From Bacteroidia bacterium (GTDB lineage Bacteria > Bacteroidota > Bacteroidia > Chitinophagales > Chitinophagaceae), in the NCBI GenBank assembly GCA_030426665.1, contig JAUHYD010000004.1:105598-169597 (forward strand): a stretch of 64,000 bases of DNA, written 5' to 3'. Below the pieces are notes generated by a model. It was not told the origin of the DNA. It ran no database searches and saw nothing but the letters and a program-made list of their open reading frames with translations. Every line of letters begins with the position of its first letter. Position 1 is the stretch's first letter. This document shows positions 27,676 through 38,583 of the stretch, in pieces. The position numbers and the translations under genes are program-made.

Positions 27676-28185
27676 TTAGTTGCTACTAATCTTCGGCACA
27701 AAATAAATTGATGCCGCAACGATCAGCGCAATTACTACACCAAGGAATGTAACCATTTTCTTATAGTTGGCATTTACAGACCTCAGATTGGTGAGTTCAT
27801 CAATGTTTCTGAAAATATTTTCCATGCGGGAGAAAGCAGTTTCTCCCTTTATTACATAGTCGTAAGCACCGTGCTTCATGCTGTCAACCGCAACTTCAAG
27901 TTTGTCTTGTCCGGATAGCATGATTACCTGAACTTCAGGGTGGGCTTCTTTTATCATCTTAAGCACTGCAACTCCATTTTTCGCGCTTGGTAAATGAGAG
28001 TTAAGATGAAAATCAAGAACTACAATAACCGGATTAAGGTGCATATCCTTCATCGCATCTTCCCCACTTTCGTAGGTTTTGATCTGATAGTCAAATCGCT
28101 CCGATATGTAATCTTTCAACATTTCGTTTTGAATCGGCTCATCATCTACCAAAAAGATATACTGAGTGCTTTGTTCTGTTGCCAT
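27676..28185 (-). CDS. Single-domain response regulator with a C-terminal membrane anchor
   Basis: IFLVDDE, VVLDFHL, VIMLSG and GAYDYVIK, followed by the TM segment VTFLGVVIALIVAASIYFV. Confidence 0.85.
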   Translation of the reverse strand: MATEQSTQYIFLVDDEPIQNEMLKDYISERFDYQIKTYESGEDAMKDMHLNPVIVVLDFHLNSHLPSAKNGVAVLKMIKEAHPEVQVIMLSGQDKLEVAVDSMKHGAYDYVIKGETAFSRMENIFRNIDELTNLRSVNANYKKMVTFLGVVIALIVAASIYFVPKISSN

Positions 28186-28289
28186 AGTAAAAGTTTCTTT
28201 TGTCTGAAAAGTAATTTTAAATTTAATAAAATCAAAGTAATATATACAAAGTTATTTAATGATAATGTTTATGAAGCTTTATAATTAAA

Positions 28290-30941
28290 TTATTTTGTGT
28301 TTCTCAATTCTTCAAATGCCTTGTTGCAAAGGTGTTTCAGATTTTTCACCAAAAGAGGCAACGCATCAAAGTGTGCAGGTGACCCTGCAGACTGCTCTAT
28401 CAAAAATATCTTACTTACTTCCTCTTTTACACCCATGTATGAAAGCTGTGGCTTTAGTGAATGGGCAGCAATTTTTACGGTAGCATGGTCGTTTATCAAC
28501 AATGCATTGTCAATACTTTTAAGCAATTTCGGAGCGTTTTCTAAAAACATACCGATATACTTTCGCATTTTCTCTTCATTACCACCTGTGAGTTGCCTTA
28601 AAAATTGCATATCTGTCACATGCGAAGGTAAAGCCGGTATTATTGGCTCAGCGACTATTTCTTTTGCAGGTGGTGGTGGTGGTACAGGTTCTGGTTCCTT
28701 CGCCACAGGAACTATGCTCATAACAGCATCCATTTTTAGCAATAGCTCATCGGCATGAAACGGTTTGGAAATGTAACCATCCATGTCGGAGTCTAAATAC
28801 CGTTGCACATCCTCTTGTAGAACATTTGCAGTCATGGCAATAATCTTCACACTCCGTGCCGGCTCTCTTAATTCACTTCTTATTACGCGAGTTGCTGTAA
28901 GCCCATCCATAACAGGCATTTGAATGTCCATCAAAACTACATCGTAATGGCGTTCCTGGACTTTATCCACAGCTTCCTGACCATTTACCGCTACATCTAT
29001 GCGTACACCTGGTATTACTTCCTTCAAGGTGTCCTCAGCAACCATACGGTTAAATTCATTGTCCTCAACCAGCAAAACCAACATATTGTTCAGCCGCTTC
29101 ATCGATTGTTCATCCAGCAAACTTATGTTCACCTTTTCTTCATGAGTACCTGCTTCTACAAAAGGTATTGTAGCGGTGAATATTGTTCCCTTTCCTACTT
29201 CACTGGTTACCGAGATTACTCCTCCCATCAGGTTGACGAGCTTTCTACAAATGGTTAGCCCTAGCCCTGTCCCACCAAACTTCCTTGTTGTATCAGAGCC
29301 CGCTTGTGTGAAGCTATCAAAAATGCTGTGCAGAAACTCTTCACCGATACCGATTCCTGTGTCAATTACATCGAACCTTACCCACAGGTTCTCGCCCTCT
29401 TTTTTACTTAGCGATACTTTCGTTTCTACATAGCCTTTTTCCGTAAACTTCACGGCATTGCCTATCAGGTTTATCAGAATTTGGTTAAGGCGAGTATGAT
29501 CCCCTGTCAATCTTTTCGGTATGTCAGGGTCTATTGTAAGCCGCAGCTCAATACCCTTTTCTTCCGCTTTCAGCATCAGCATATCCTGAGTACTTTGCAG
29601 TACTTCGCCGATAGAAAAGTCTATATGTTCTATAACAATCTTCCCTGCTTCAATTTTTGATATATCCAGAATATCATTGATAATAACAAGGAGGTTGTCT
29701 GATGACTGTTGAATGGCTTTCAGATATTTCAGTTGCTCTTGCTGCGGCTGCTTTGTAAGCAATAACCTGGTCATTCCTATGATGGCATTCATAGGTGTTC
29801 TTATCTCATGACTCATATTGGCAAGAAACTGATGTTTCAATTGGGCCGTACGTTCAGCAACTTCTTTTTCTTTCTTAGCTAATTCTATTTGTTGCCTCAC
29901 CTGCAGGTTATGCAGTTCATTAATTATTTTCTGTTTGAATATTTCTTCTTTAAGCGTTTCGAAAGCTTTCAAATGATGATAGGCCTTCGGAATGTCGCTC
30001 ATTTTGTCATAGACGGCAGAGAGGGCTTCATTAATGCTCATAAGGTCGTGCCTGCGCAGATATTCTTCAGCCAACTCATACGCATCATTAAGCGATTGTA
30101 AGGCCTGACGATAATTTCCCTCTTCCATGTATAGTTTGCCGAGGTAAAACAAACAAATTATCTGCACCTCTGCATTGCCTATCAATCGGGACTCTCTAAG
30201 TGCATCGGTGAGGTGCTTTCGTGCATTACCGAAGTCTTTCTGCTTGTAATGTATTTTTCCCAGTCCACTCAGTGCCTTTACATAAGCAGCTGTTTCCGGT
30301 TCTGTGTGTTTCAGATTTTCCAGAAAGTATTTACTTGCTTCTTCAAATTGTTCCTTTTTGAAGTAAATATTACCTAGGGTATTGTGAACATTTATCAGGC
30401 TCGTATCATTATGTTCACGTTCAAATATCGGTAGGCACTTCAACGCATATTCCAAAGCACTATCATAATCATTAAGGTCGTATAGCAGATTTGATATACT
30501 GGCAAGAATAATAGATTGCGATAACTCGTCACCTATTTCCTCGTTTATGTTGAGTGCCTTTTCGAATGAAGTCAGGGCGTTGGCAAGGTCTCCTTTGTCA
30601 CGATAGATATTACCAAAGTTATGATGAACACGTGCCTGAAGCTTTAGGTCTTTTATTCGTTCCGCAAACCGTAATGCTTCTTCAAGTATAAGCAGCCCAT
30701 CGTCATATTCGCCCTGCAACCAAAGGCAAGAACCTTTTAGGTTGTAACCCCTGCCTATGCCTCTGGCATAAGCTACGGTTTTAGCCCGAAGTATTACATC
30801 TTCAGCAATTTCCAAGGCATGTTCTACATCTATGTTCCTTGCTTCTACACCTATATCCACAAGTGTATCTATACGACTTATTTCATCAGTTTGTTGTTCC
30901 AGTTTTTTCTGTAACTCTCTGTATTTCGGAGTGTCTATCAT
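28290..30941 (-). CDS. TPR-repeat hybrid histidine kinase (TPR-HisKA-HATPase-REC-Hpt)
   Basis: TPR repeats, FLANMSHEIRTPMN, QILINLIGNAVKFT, DTGIGI, GGTGLGL, VLMDIQMP and AAHSLKP. Confidence 0.93.
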   Translation of the reverse strand: MIDTPKYRELQKKLEQQTDEISRIDTLVDIGVEARNIDVEHALEIAEDVILRAKTVAYARGIGRGYNLKGSCLWLQGEYDDGLLILEEALRFAERIKDLKLQARVHHNFGNIYRDKGDLANALTSFEKALNINEEIGDELSQSIILASISNLLYDLNDYDSALEYALKCLPIFEREHNDTSLINVHNTLGNIYFKKEQFEEASKYFLENLKHTEPETAAYVKALSGLGKIHYKQKDFGNARKHLTDALRESRLIGNAEVQIICLFYLGKLYMEEGNYRQALQSLNDAYELAEEYLRRHDLMSINEALSAVYDKMSDIPKAYHHLKAFETLKEEIFKQKIINELHNLQVRQQIELAKKEKEVAERTAQLKHQFLANMSHEIRTPMNAIIGMTRLLLTKQPQQEQLKYLKAIQQSSDNLLVIINDILDISKIEAGKIVIEHIDFSIGEVLQSTQDMLMLKAEEKGIELRLTIDPDIPKRLTGDHTRLNQILINLIGNAVKFTEKGYVETKVSLSKKEGENLWVRFDVIDTGIGIGEEFLHSIFDSFTQAGSDTTRKFGGTGLGLTICRKLVNLMGGVISVTSEVGKGTIFTATIPFVEAGTHEEKVNISLLDEQSMKRLNNMLVLLVEDNEFNRMVAEDTLKEVIPGVRIDVAVNGQEAVDKVQERHYDVVLMDIQMPVMDGLTATRVIRSELREPARSVKIIAMTANVLQEDVQRYLDSDMDGYISKPFHADELLLKMDAVMSIVPVAKEPEPVPPPPPAKEIVAEPIIPALPSHVTDMQFLRQLTGGNEEKMRKYIGMFLENAPKLLKSIDNALLINDHATVKIAAHSLKPQLSYMGVKEEVSKIFLIEQSAGSPAHFDALPLLVKNLKHLCNKAFEELRNTK

Positions 30942-31212
30942 TCAGGCGCGTTGTGAATATTTTGAAGCGGAAGTGAGGTAAGTTGCTAAAAACCGTAAAA
31001 TTATAAAAAATGCACTTATGGGGCTACTTTTATTCGAATTGAATTAACAAATGGTTATGATGAGCATGACGAAGCTATAATCAGGCTACCTGACTTAGCC
31101 GGATTTATATCATTTGCAGCCCTCCGTTTCACTGGAAATTCTCTCCGGATACGTTCGCATAACTCATCGCTCCATATCGGTTCCAAAATAATTGAGTAGG
31201 AAAGGCTGAGAG

Positions 31213-32628
31213 TTAAAACATCTTCCCCGGATTAAGAATGCCATTGGGGTCGAAGACCTTTTTTATATCCTTCATCAACCTTAGTTGTGCTGTTCCAAAC
31301 GCTATGTCCATATAGTTTTTCTGTACCAGTCCAATACCATGCTCTCCAGATATGGTGCCACCCATCCTCACAACTTCTGTAAATAGTTTACGTATGCCTT
31401 CAGACAGCTTATTATTCCAATCGTCGTCGTTCATATCGCCTTTTACGATATTTACATGCAGGTTGCCATCCCCTGCGTGTCCGTAACACACCGAGCGAAA
31501 CCCATATTCCGCACCTAATTGTTTTATAACTGTCAGTAGTTCCGGAAGCTCTGCTCTGGGTACTACGGTGTCTTCTTCCTTGTAAATAGAATTACTTTTT
31601 ACTGCTTCACCAACTTTGCGGCGTAGTGCCCACAGCATTTGCTTTTGTTCATGACTGTCGGCAAACAAAACCTCATCTGTATCATATTTGCCGACTATTT
31701 CTCCAATGGCAGCCGCTTCCTTGTATAGCTCATCCATGTTATTGCCATCTACCTCTATTAGCAAGTGTGCCTGTATATCTGTCGGTAGGCTTACCCCTGC
31801 CGATTGTGTGTATTTCATAGACCACTCTATAGCTTCCCGCTCCATAAACTCCAGAGCTGAAGGGGTAAAACCGGCCAGAAAAATAGCATTTACCGCTTCG
31901 CATGCCTCAATTGCAGACCGAAAAGGAACCAGCAATAACAAGTCATGACGAACCGCAGGTATCAACCGCAAAACAATCTTAGTTATCACTCCTAGTGTTC
32001 CCTCGCTACCTACCATCAGTTGTGTCAGGTTGTAGCCCGTAGCGTTTTTCAGTACGTTAGCACCTGTCCATATTATTTCGCCCGAAGGCAATACCATTTC
32101 TAAGTTCAGCACATAATCCTTTACCACGCCATACTTTACAGCCCTCGGGCCACCACTGTTCTCAGACACATTGCCACCAATAAAGCAAGACCCCTTACTT
32201 GCCGGATCGGGCGGGTAAAACAAACCCTCTTTCTGCAGCAGCTCCTGTAGCACCTGTGTTATTACTCCTGGTTCTGTAGTTACCTGAAAGTTGCGCTTGT
32301 CAACTTTCAGTACTTCGTTAAACCGCTTCATATCTAGCACTACTCCCCCCATCACCGGCAATGCACCTCCACTCAAGCCGGTACCGGCACCGCGTGGCGT
32401 TACAGATATATGCTGATCGTTGCAATGCTTCATAATGGCCGATACTTCTTCCGCAGTCCTTGGTTGAACCACTACTTCCGGCAGATAATGCAAGTCTTCA
32501 GTCTCGTCAGAAGCGCAGCGCGATAACTCTTCGGAGGTTGTATGTACGTAATGTGCACCTGCAATGTTTATGAGGGCATCAATATCCTTCTGACTTAGAT
32601 TATTAAACGGCATATTGCAAAGTTGCAC
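31213..32628 (-). CDS. FAD-linked 2-hydroxyacid oxidoreductase (GlcD / D-lactate dehydrogenase family)
   Basis: PRGAGTGLSGG, YPPDPAS, GSEGTLG, YGHAGDGNLH, SGEHGIG and NPGK. Confidence 0.9.
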   Translation of the reverse strand: MQLCNMPFNNLSQKDIDALINIAGAHYVHTTSEELSRCASDETEDLHYLPEVVVQPRTAEEVSAIMKHCNDQHISVTPRGAGTGLSGGALPVMGGVVLDMKRFNEVLKVDKRNFQVTTEPGVITQVLQELLQKEGLFYPPDPASKGSCFIGGNVSENSGGPRAVKYGVVKDYVLNLEMVLPSGEIIWTGANVLKNATGYNLTQLMVGSEGTLGVITKIVLRLIPAVRHDLLLLVPFRSAIEACEAVNAIFLAGFTPSALEFMEREAIEWSMKYTQSAGVSLPTDIQAHLLIEVDGNNMDELYKEAAAIGEIVGKYDTDEVLFADSHEQKQMLWALRRKVGEAVKSNSIYKEEDTVVPRAELPELLTVIKQLGAEYGFRSVCYGHAGDGNLHVNIVKGDMNDDDWNNKLSEGIRKLFTEVVRMGGTISGEHGIGLVQKNYMDIAFGTAQLRLMKDIKKVFDPNGILNPGKMF

Positions 32629-32733
32629 AAAAAATAACGTACTCAGATTCCGGCTTTTTATATTCGGATAGGCATATCCTGCATGGACAACCTAACTCTG
32701 TAGTATCTTTGCCCCTTATTTTTTACACATCCG

Positions 32734-33714
32734 ATGATTCTTGTTACAGGAGGTAGTGGATTTCTGGGAGGGCACTTGGTGAGGCGTTTGTCTGCAGAGG
32801 GTAAACAAGTACGTGCGCTGTATAATACAAGTGTGCCATCTTCAGAGCAAATCGCACTACGGGGTATTGAGTGGATGCAGTGCGATTTATTGGATGTGTT
32901 TGCCGTAGAGGGGGCAATGGCCGGTATCGAATATGTATATCACTGCTCGGCAATAGTATCTTATAAATCTGAGATGAGAGATGAAATTCTCCATGTAAAC
33001 CCCGAGTCTACTGCCAATATTGTAAATCAGGCTGTCGCTCAGGGCATACGTAAAATGGTGTATGCCAGTTCGGTTGCAGCCATTGGAAGGCCTGCCGATA
33101 ATAATGTACAAATAAGTGAGGATCTGGACGGAGCGGAAAACGAGTATTCATCTGCCTATGCAATGAGCAAATACCTTGCCGAAAACGAAGTTTGGAGGGG
33201 CATTGGCGAGGGGCTTTCCGCGGTAATCATAAATCCTTCTGTTATTCTTGGTGCCGGAGATTGGAGCAGGGGCTCTGCCCAGCTTATGAGCGTTGTAAAC
33301 AATGAATTTCCTTTTTATACCAATGGTGTCAGTGGTTGGGTTGGTGTTGCCGATGTCGTTTCAGCAATGGTAATGCTGATGGAGGCTGATGTAGTTTCAG
33401 AGCGGTTTATTGTTTCGGGTGGCAATTACCCCTTCAGGGAGGTGTTCACATTAATGGCAAATGCTCTAAACAAAAAGCCCCCCAAATATTATGCTGGTCC
33501 GCTGTTAACAGGAATTGTTTGGCGGGCTTCAGCCTTGCTGAGCCGAATTACAGGAAAAAATTATGCAATTACAAAGGAGTCTGCAAAAACGGCACATTCT
33601 GTTTCCCGCTATGACAACACAAAGTTGCTGAAGCAATTCCCGGTATTTTCTTATACGCCGATTAAAGACGTCATATTAGAAATGGCTACAACTTTCAAAC
33701 AAGACAATGATTAA
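32734..33714 (+). CDS. NAD-dependent epimerase/dehydratase (extended SDR)
   Basis: ILVTGGSGFLG, YASSVAA and YAMSK (YxxxK). Confidence 0.9.
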   Translation: MILVTGGSGFLGGHLVRRLSAEGKQVRALYNTSVPSSEQIALRGIEWMQCDLLDVFAVEGAMAGIEYVYHCSAIVSYKSEMRDEILHVNPESTANIVNQAVAQGIRKMVYASSVAAIGRPADNNVQISEDLDGAENEYSSAYAMSKYLAENEVWRGIGEGLSAVIINPSVILGAGDWSRGSAQLMSVVNNEFPFYTNGVSGWVGVADVVSAMVMLMEADVVSERFIVSGGNYPFREVFTLMANALNKKPPKYYAGPLLTGIVWRASALLSRITGKNYAITKESAKTAHSVSRYDNTKLLKQFPVFSYTPIKDVILEMATTFKQDND

Positions 33715-33995
33715 CATCAGGTGTAAATTGTTGTAATGAAATAGGCTATACATTACTTTCTACATGTTAAAATAGAGTTTACAGGCTGCTAAAAGCCAAG
33801 AAAATTTGTGCGTTTTTTTCGTTATTTGAGAAAACAGTTGTAATCTTGCATAGAGGAAGCATTACATCTTCCTTCCTTTCATTCAGTATACCTGAGTCAA
33901 TCCCCGATTTTTTTTATCAGCAATTTCAGATGAATTACAAAGAATTTCAGGATTAATAATATTTATTCAAATCAACTATCGGAAAAATTATAAGC

Positions 33996-35798
33996 ATGCC
34001 TTACGACATTATGCAGCTAAATGATATGCTCATTCTTGAGCTCATTGACGTAGCTGATACACTAAAAATAAAAAACCCTGCGGCGCTAGACAAGCAAGAA
34101 TTAGTATATAAAATACTTGACCAGCAGGCTATTGCCGCTGCTCCGGAACCAGCCAAAGAAGAACCTAAGAAACGCAGAGGAAGAAAACCAAAAGAAACTC
34201 CGGTTGCAGAGAAACCAGCTGTGCAGGAAGAGAAAAAAGATGTTACTCCTGCACCGGACAAAAATCCCGCGCCGGACAAAAAAGCTGAAGTGACAGTTGA
34301 GGCAAAAACTGAACCAAAAGAGGCGCCGGCTTCAAAACCTGAGCCGAGTGCTCCGGCTGTTAAAAGCGCACCGGATAAAAAGCGTCGTCAGAGAAAACCT
34401 AAAGATGCAGCACCGCCAAATGCGCCGCAAGAAGTAAAGGAACAAAAGCCGGCTCCCGTCAAGAGAGAGGAACGGCCGGAGGTCCCTGTGGCAAAAGCCC
34501 AAAAGGAGGTTACTCCCGAAACCGAAGGTACCGGTATCACCATGCCTGAGGCTGAGTCTTCTGAAGTTCAGCCGCCGCAACAAACTACCGAAAACCCCAA
34601 CCCAAGGCCCGAAAGGCAGCAAAACCAACAACAAAACCGTAACAGGAGGGAACAGCAGCAGGCTAGTAGCTTCAACCTTGAGTTCGAAGGAATTGTTGCC
34701 AGTGAAGGTGTTTTGGAAATGATGCCCGATGGGTATGGCTTCTTACGCAGCAGCGATTATAACTATTTAAGCTCTCCCGACGACATTTATGTTTCGCCGT
34801 CGCAGATAAAATTATTCGGTCTTAAAACCGGTGACACAGTAAAAGGTAATGTACGCCCTCCCAAGGAAGGAGAAAAGTACTTTGCATTGCTGAAAGTGGA
34901 AACAATTAACGGTAAACTACCCGATGAGATTCGTGATAGAGTGCCGTTCGACTATCTGACACCGCTTTTCCCATACGAAAAACTGCGCCTGACGAATGCA
35001 GACAGCAATTACAGTACCCGCATCATGGACCTCTTTACCCCTATAGGAAAAGGACAACGCGGTCTGATTGTGGCACAACCAAAGACGGGTAAAACCATGT
35101 TGCTGAAAGAGGTGGCCAACGCGATTGCTGCTAACCACCCTGAAGTTTATCTTATGATAGTACTCGTTGACGAACGTCCCGAGGAGGTAACTGATATGCA
35201 ACGTAGTGTGCGAGCAGAAGTAATCGCTTCTACATTTGATGAGCCTGCAGATAAACACGTTAAGGTATCAACCATTGCATTGCAGAAAGCGAAGCGATTA
35301 GTAGAAGTTGGACACGATGTGGTGATACTGCTTGACTCTATCACACGTCTGGCACGGGCACACAACACTGTTGCCCCGGCAAGCGGAAAAGTATTGAGTG
35401 GTGGTGTGGAAGCAAATGCCATGCAAAAACCAAAACAATTCTTCGGTGCCGCTCGTAAAATTGAAAACGGAGGTTCGCTGACGATACTTGCAACAGCACT
35501 TATTGATACTGGTTCCAAAATGGACGAGGTGATCTTTGAAGAGTTTAAGGGAACAGGTAATATGGAATTGCAGCTTGATAGAAAACTGGCAAACAAACGC
35601 ATCTACCCTGCTATTGACCTTACGTCATCATCTACGAGACGCGACGACTTGCTGCTCGATAAGCATGTTCACAGCAAAATGTGGTTGCTACGCAATCACT
35701 TGTCAGATATGAATACAGATGAGGCAATGCGCTTCCTGTTGCAACAAATGAAGGGAACACAAAGCAATGAAGAGTTCCTTGCAACAATGAACAAGTAA
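33996..35798 (+). CDS. rho: Transcription termination factor Rho with a long N-terminal low-complexity insertion
   Basis: [43 protein letters not shown] and [16 protein letters not shown]. Confidence 0.97.
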   Translation: MPYDIMQLNDMLILELIDVADTLKIKNPAALDKQELVYKILDQQAIAAAPEPAKEEPKKRRGRKPKETPVAEKPAVQEEKKDVTPAPDKNPAPDKKAEVTVEAKTEPKEAPASKPEPSAPAVKSAPDKKRRQRKPKDAAPPNAPQEVKEQKPAPVKREERPEVPVAKAQKEVTPETEGTGITMPEAESSEVQPPQQTTENPNPRPERQQNQQQNRNRREQQQASSFNLEFEGIVASEGVLEMMPDGYGFLRSSDYNYLSSPDDIYVSPSQIKLFGLKTGDTVKGNVRPPKEGEKYFALLKVETINGKLPDEIRDRVPFDYLTPLFPYEKLRLTNADSNYSTRIMDLFTPIGKGQRGLIVAQPKTGKTMLLKEVANAIAANHPEVYLMIVLVDERPEEVTDMQRSVRAEVIASTFDEPADKHVKVSTIALQKAKRLVEVGHDVVILLDSITRLARAHNTVAPASGKVLSGGVEANAMQKPKQFFGAARKIENGGSLTILATALIDTGSKMDEVIFEEFKGTGNMELQLDRKLANKRIYPAIDLTSSSTRRDDLLLDKHVHSKMWLLRNHLSDMNTDEAMRFLLQQMKGTQSNEEFLATMNK

Positions 35799-35817
35799 AC
35801 ATCATTTCATATTTTAT

Positions 35818-35852
35818 ACAACAAAGGCAGCCAATTCGGTTGCCTTTGTTGT
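35818..35852 (+). terminator. Hairpin terminator after rho
   Basis: ACAACAAAGGCAGCC-AATTC-GGTTGCCTTTGTTGT forms a 15-bp stem with one G-U pair. Confidence 0.75.
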
Positions 35853-35943
35853 TAAGTTGTGGCTTATCTGAATATTGATTCCGGCCAACATAGAATTATA
35901 CTGGCTCGAATTGTATTTTTGAACGGGTTAAATACACACAAAA

Positions 35944-36367
35944 ATGCTCATCCAAAACATAAAGCTTGCTGCAGATGCTATTGTCTTTGCCGGTAGAGGT
36001 GACGATATGCAACTATTATTAATCAAACGAAAAAACCCACCCTATCAGGGTATGTGGGCAATACCGGGTGGTTTTGTGGAAGACGACGAAGAGCTGGAAA
36101 CTGCCGCAATCCGCGAGTGTGGAAGAAGAAACGGGGCTAAAGGTTGCGGATATGAAACAACTGCACACCTTTGGCAGGGTAGGTCGTGACCCAAGAGGCA
36201 GAACAGTAACAGTTACTTACTATACGACAATTAAAGCGCCATTGCCGGTGGCCGGTGGCGACGATGCTACCCAAGCAGCATGGGTCTACATCAAGGATAT
36301 TAAAGAGCTCGCCTTCGATCATATGGAAATGATAGAAATGGCTTTGCGCGCTTTAGCGGCTGCCTAA
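35944..36367 (+). pseudogene. NUDIX hydrolase split by a +1 frameshift (or a sequencing error)
   Basis: The Nudix box GGFVEDDEELETAAIRE breaks at GAG-TGTG-GAA (36115-36124). Removing G36119 restores RE-L-EEETGL and joins the two ORFs. Confidence 0.8.
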
Positions 36368-36535
36368 ATTTGCTATTTTACAAAAGCTTATTCAAATTAT
36401 ATTGAGAAGCCGGATTTTGCTCTATGGGCTCTTTATATATGAAAACCCTGTATTGGAACAGTACTTTGCCAGAGAAGCTGTATGCTACTTAGGTTATAGT
36501 AGTCAATAATTAAATCCATTATGGTTCGAGGTGTG

Positions 36536-36922
36536 CTACACAAGTCGAATTCCTGTAATAGGCGCGAAGTGTTTTTGATTAAGAGTGGCAAGCGGTATGC
36601 TGTTGGCTACTGCGGTAGCCGCGATAAACAGATCGGCTTTGTCAGTGGTTATTCTTTGTGTTTTTAGCTGTCGCATTATCGTCACAGCTGTTCGTGCAGC
36701 ATTACTATCGAAGGGGAAAACAATCATTGACTTCAGCATTTCCTCCCAAAAATTAAGCTGCTTTCCAGACGCTCCTGCAAATACCTCAAACTCAACAATA
36801 GAAGGTATCGCGAAATTGTTGTAGGAGTCGGCAAGTGTATAAAGTATTGTCTTCTCTTTATCTTTTTTCCTAAAATATTCTATTAAAACCGAGGAGTCGA
36901 GCAATACTATTTCATTCTCCAT
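36536..36922 (-). CDS. vapC: PIN-domain VapC toxin
   Basis: VLLDSSVLIEYFR, SIVEFEV, ADLFIAATA and LATLNQKHF. Confidence 0.88.
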   Translation of the reverse strand: MENEIVLLDSSVLIEYFRKKDKEKTILYTLADSYNNFAIPSIVEFEVFAGASGKQLNFWEEMLKSMIVFPFDSNAARTAVTIMRQLKTQRITTDKADLFIAATAVANSIPLATLNQKHFAPITGIRLV

Positions 36923-37131
36923 TTGTTGACAGATTTATGAGCATCTTCAATATTTTTAATTTGCTCTTCGGTAAACACCGGACCATTTACAAGAATCTGC
37001 TTTAGAGAGTTTCCTGAAGAGACATTATGCTCATTTTCAAGCTCTTTCTTTAATTTCTGTTTCTGAACCGGAGTCAGTTGACGTATCAATCCCAATAACT
37101 GACTGAACGGGATATTTATTTTCATTTCCAT
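36907..37131 (-). CDS. Putative antitoxin of the vapBC pair
   Basis: 74-aa ORF upstream of the PIN gene and overlapping it by 16 nt. Confidence 0.7.
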   Translation of the reverse strand: MEMKINIPFSQLLGLIRQLTPVQKQKLKKELENEHNVSSGNSLKQILVNGPVFTEEQIKNIEDAHKSVNKWRMK

Positions 37132-37281
37132 ATACCAAAATTACACAAAATGATGATACTTGGGTTTTTTTATAACGGTTAGTGTATTGCTATGTCTATA
37201 TTTCAACGCTCACCCACTGTCAACAATCTACCAATAACTACGGTCAAGCCTCCCTTACTTTTTTATACTTTTGCTGCCATC

Positions 37282-38559
37282 ATGGCAACAATATCTGAGC
37301 GCGATAGAAAAGTAATGTGGCACCCCTATACTCCTATGAAATTATGGCCGGAGGCAATCGGTATAGTTCGGGGAGAGGGTGCATATCTGATAGACGAATC
37401 CGGCAACCGATATATAGATGCAATCTCCTCCTGGTGGGTTACTATTCACGGGCACAGCCATCCCTATATCGCTCAGAAGGTGTATGAGCAGATGAACACG
37501 CTGGAGCATTGCATGTTTGCCGGATTCACGCACGAGCCAGCTGTAACACTTGCGGAAAAGCTACTGCAGATATTGCCCGGAGACATGAGCAAAATATTCT
37601 ACTCAGACAATGGCTCAACTGCCGTAGAGGTTGCTTTGAAAATGGCATTGCAATACTGGGGCAATAAGGGTGTAAACAAACGCAGAATTATTGCCATCGA
37701 AAACGCCTATCACGGCGACACTTTCGGAGCAATGGCCGTAAGCGGCCGCAGCGTATTTACAAATGCATTTGCCGACCTGCTTTTTGATGTCGCTTTTATT
37801 CCCTTTCCGGAATCAGGCAATGAAGCGCAAAGCCTGGCGGCGTTGGAAGGTATGTTGCAGCAGGGAGATGTTGCAGCCTTTATAGCAGAGCCGCTGATTC
37901 AAGGGTCTGCAGGCATGTGTATGTATACGCCCGATACACTTAATCGGTACTTTGAGCTGTGCAGACAATATGATGCACTTATTATTGTCGATGAAGTAAT
38001 GACCGGATTCGGCAGAACAGGGCCACTATTCGCATGTGATGCGATAACGGAAAAACCCGACATGATTTGCTTGTCTAAGGGCCTTACCGGTGGCACAATG
38101 GCTATGGGTGTGACGGCGACAACGCAAAACATATTTGACGCATTTTATGACGACGACCGCAACAAAATGTTATACCATGGCCACTCCTTTACAGCCAATG
38201 CAACTACCTGTGCAACAGCGCTCGCCAGCATGGAACTGCTGCTGAAGGACGAATGTACCGAAAGCAGAAAAAGCATAGTGGAGGCGCATACCATATTTGC
38301 ACATAGCATTTCAGGGCATCCTGCCATTCAGGATATACGCCAGACAGGAACCATAATAGCAATAGAACTAAAAGCGGAAAAGACCGAATACCACAGCAAC
38401 ATTCGCGACACTATTTACCGCTTCTTTCTTGACCGGAATATTATCCTTCGACCGCTTGGCAATATCATATACATACTCCCGCCCTACTGCATTACCAACG
38501 ATGAGTTGACCTACATATACAACGCTATTCAGGAATTTCTGGAGGAGTATTCTTCATAG
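37282..38559 (+). CDS. bioA: Adenosylmethionine-8-amino-7-oxononanoate aminotransferase
   Basis: WHPYT, DAISSWWVTIHGH, SDNGSTAVEVALKMA, YHGDTFG, DEVMTGFGRTG and CLSKGLTGG. Start set to ATG 37282. Confidence 0.95.
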   Translation: MATISERDRKVMWHPYTPMKLWPEAIGIVRGEGAYLIDESGNRYIDAISSWWVTIHGHSHPYIAQKVYEQMNTLEHCMFAGFTHEPAVTLAEKLLQILPGDMSKIFYSDNGSTAVEVALKMALQYWGNKGVNKRRIIAIENAYHGDTFGAMAVSGRSVFTNAFADLLFDVAFIPFPESGNEAQSLAALEGMLQQGDVAAFIAEPLIQGSAGMCMYTPDTLNRYFELCRQYDALIIVDEVMTGFGRTGPLFACDAITEKPDMICLSKGLTGGTMAMGVTATTQNIFDAFYDDDRNKMLYHGHSFTANATTCATALASMELLLKDECTESRKSIVEAHTIFAHSISGHPAIQDIRQTGTIIAIELKAEKTEYHSNIRDTIYRFFLDRNIILRPLGNIIYILPPYCITNDELTYIYNAIQEFLEEYSS

Positions 38560-38583
38560 GTCCGGCGGGTACGTGTCTTTGAC

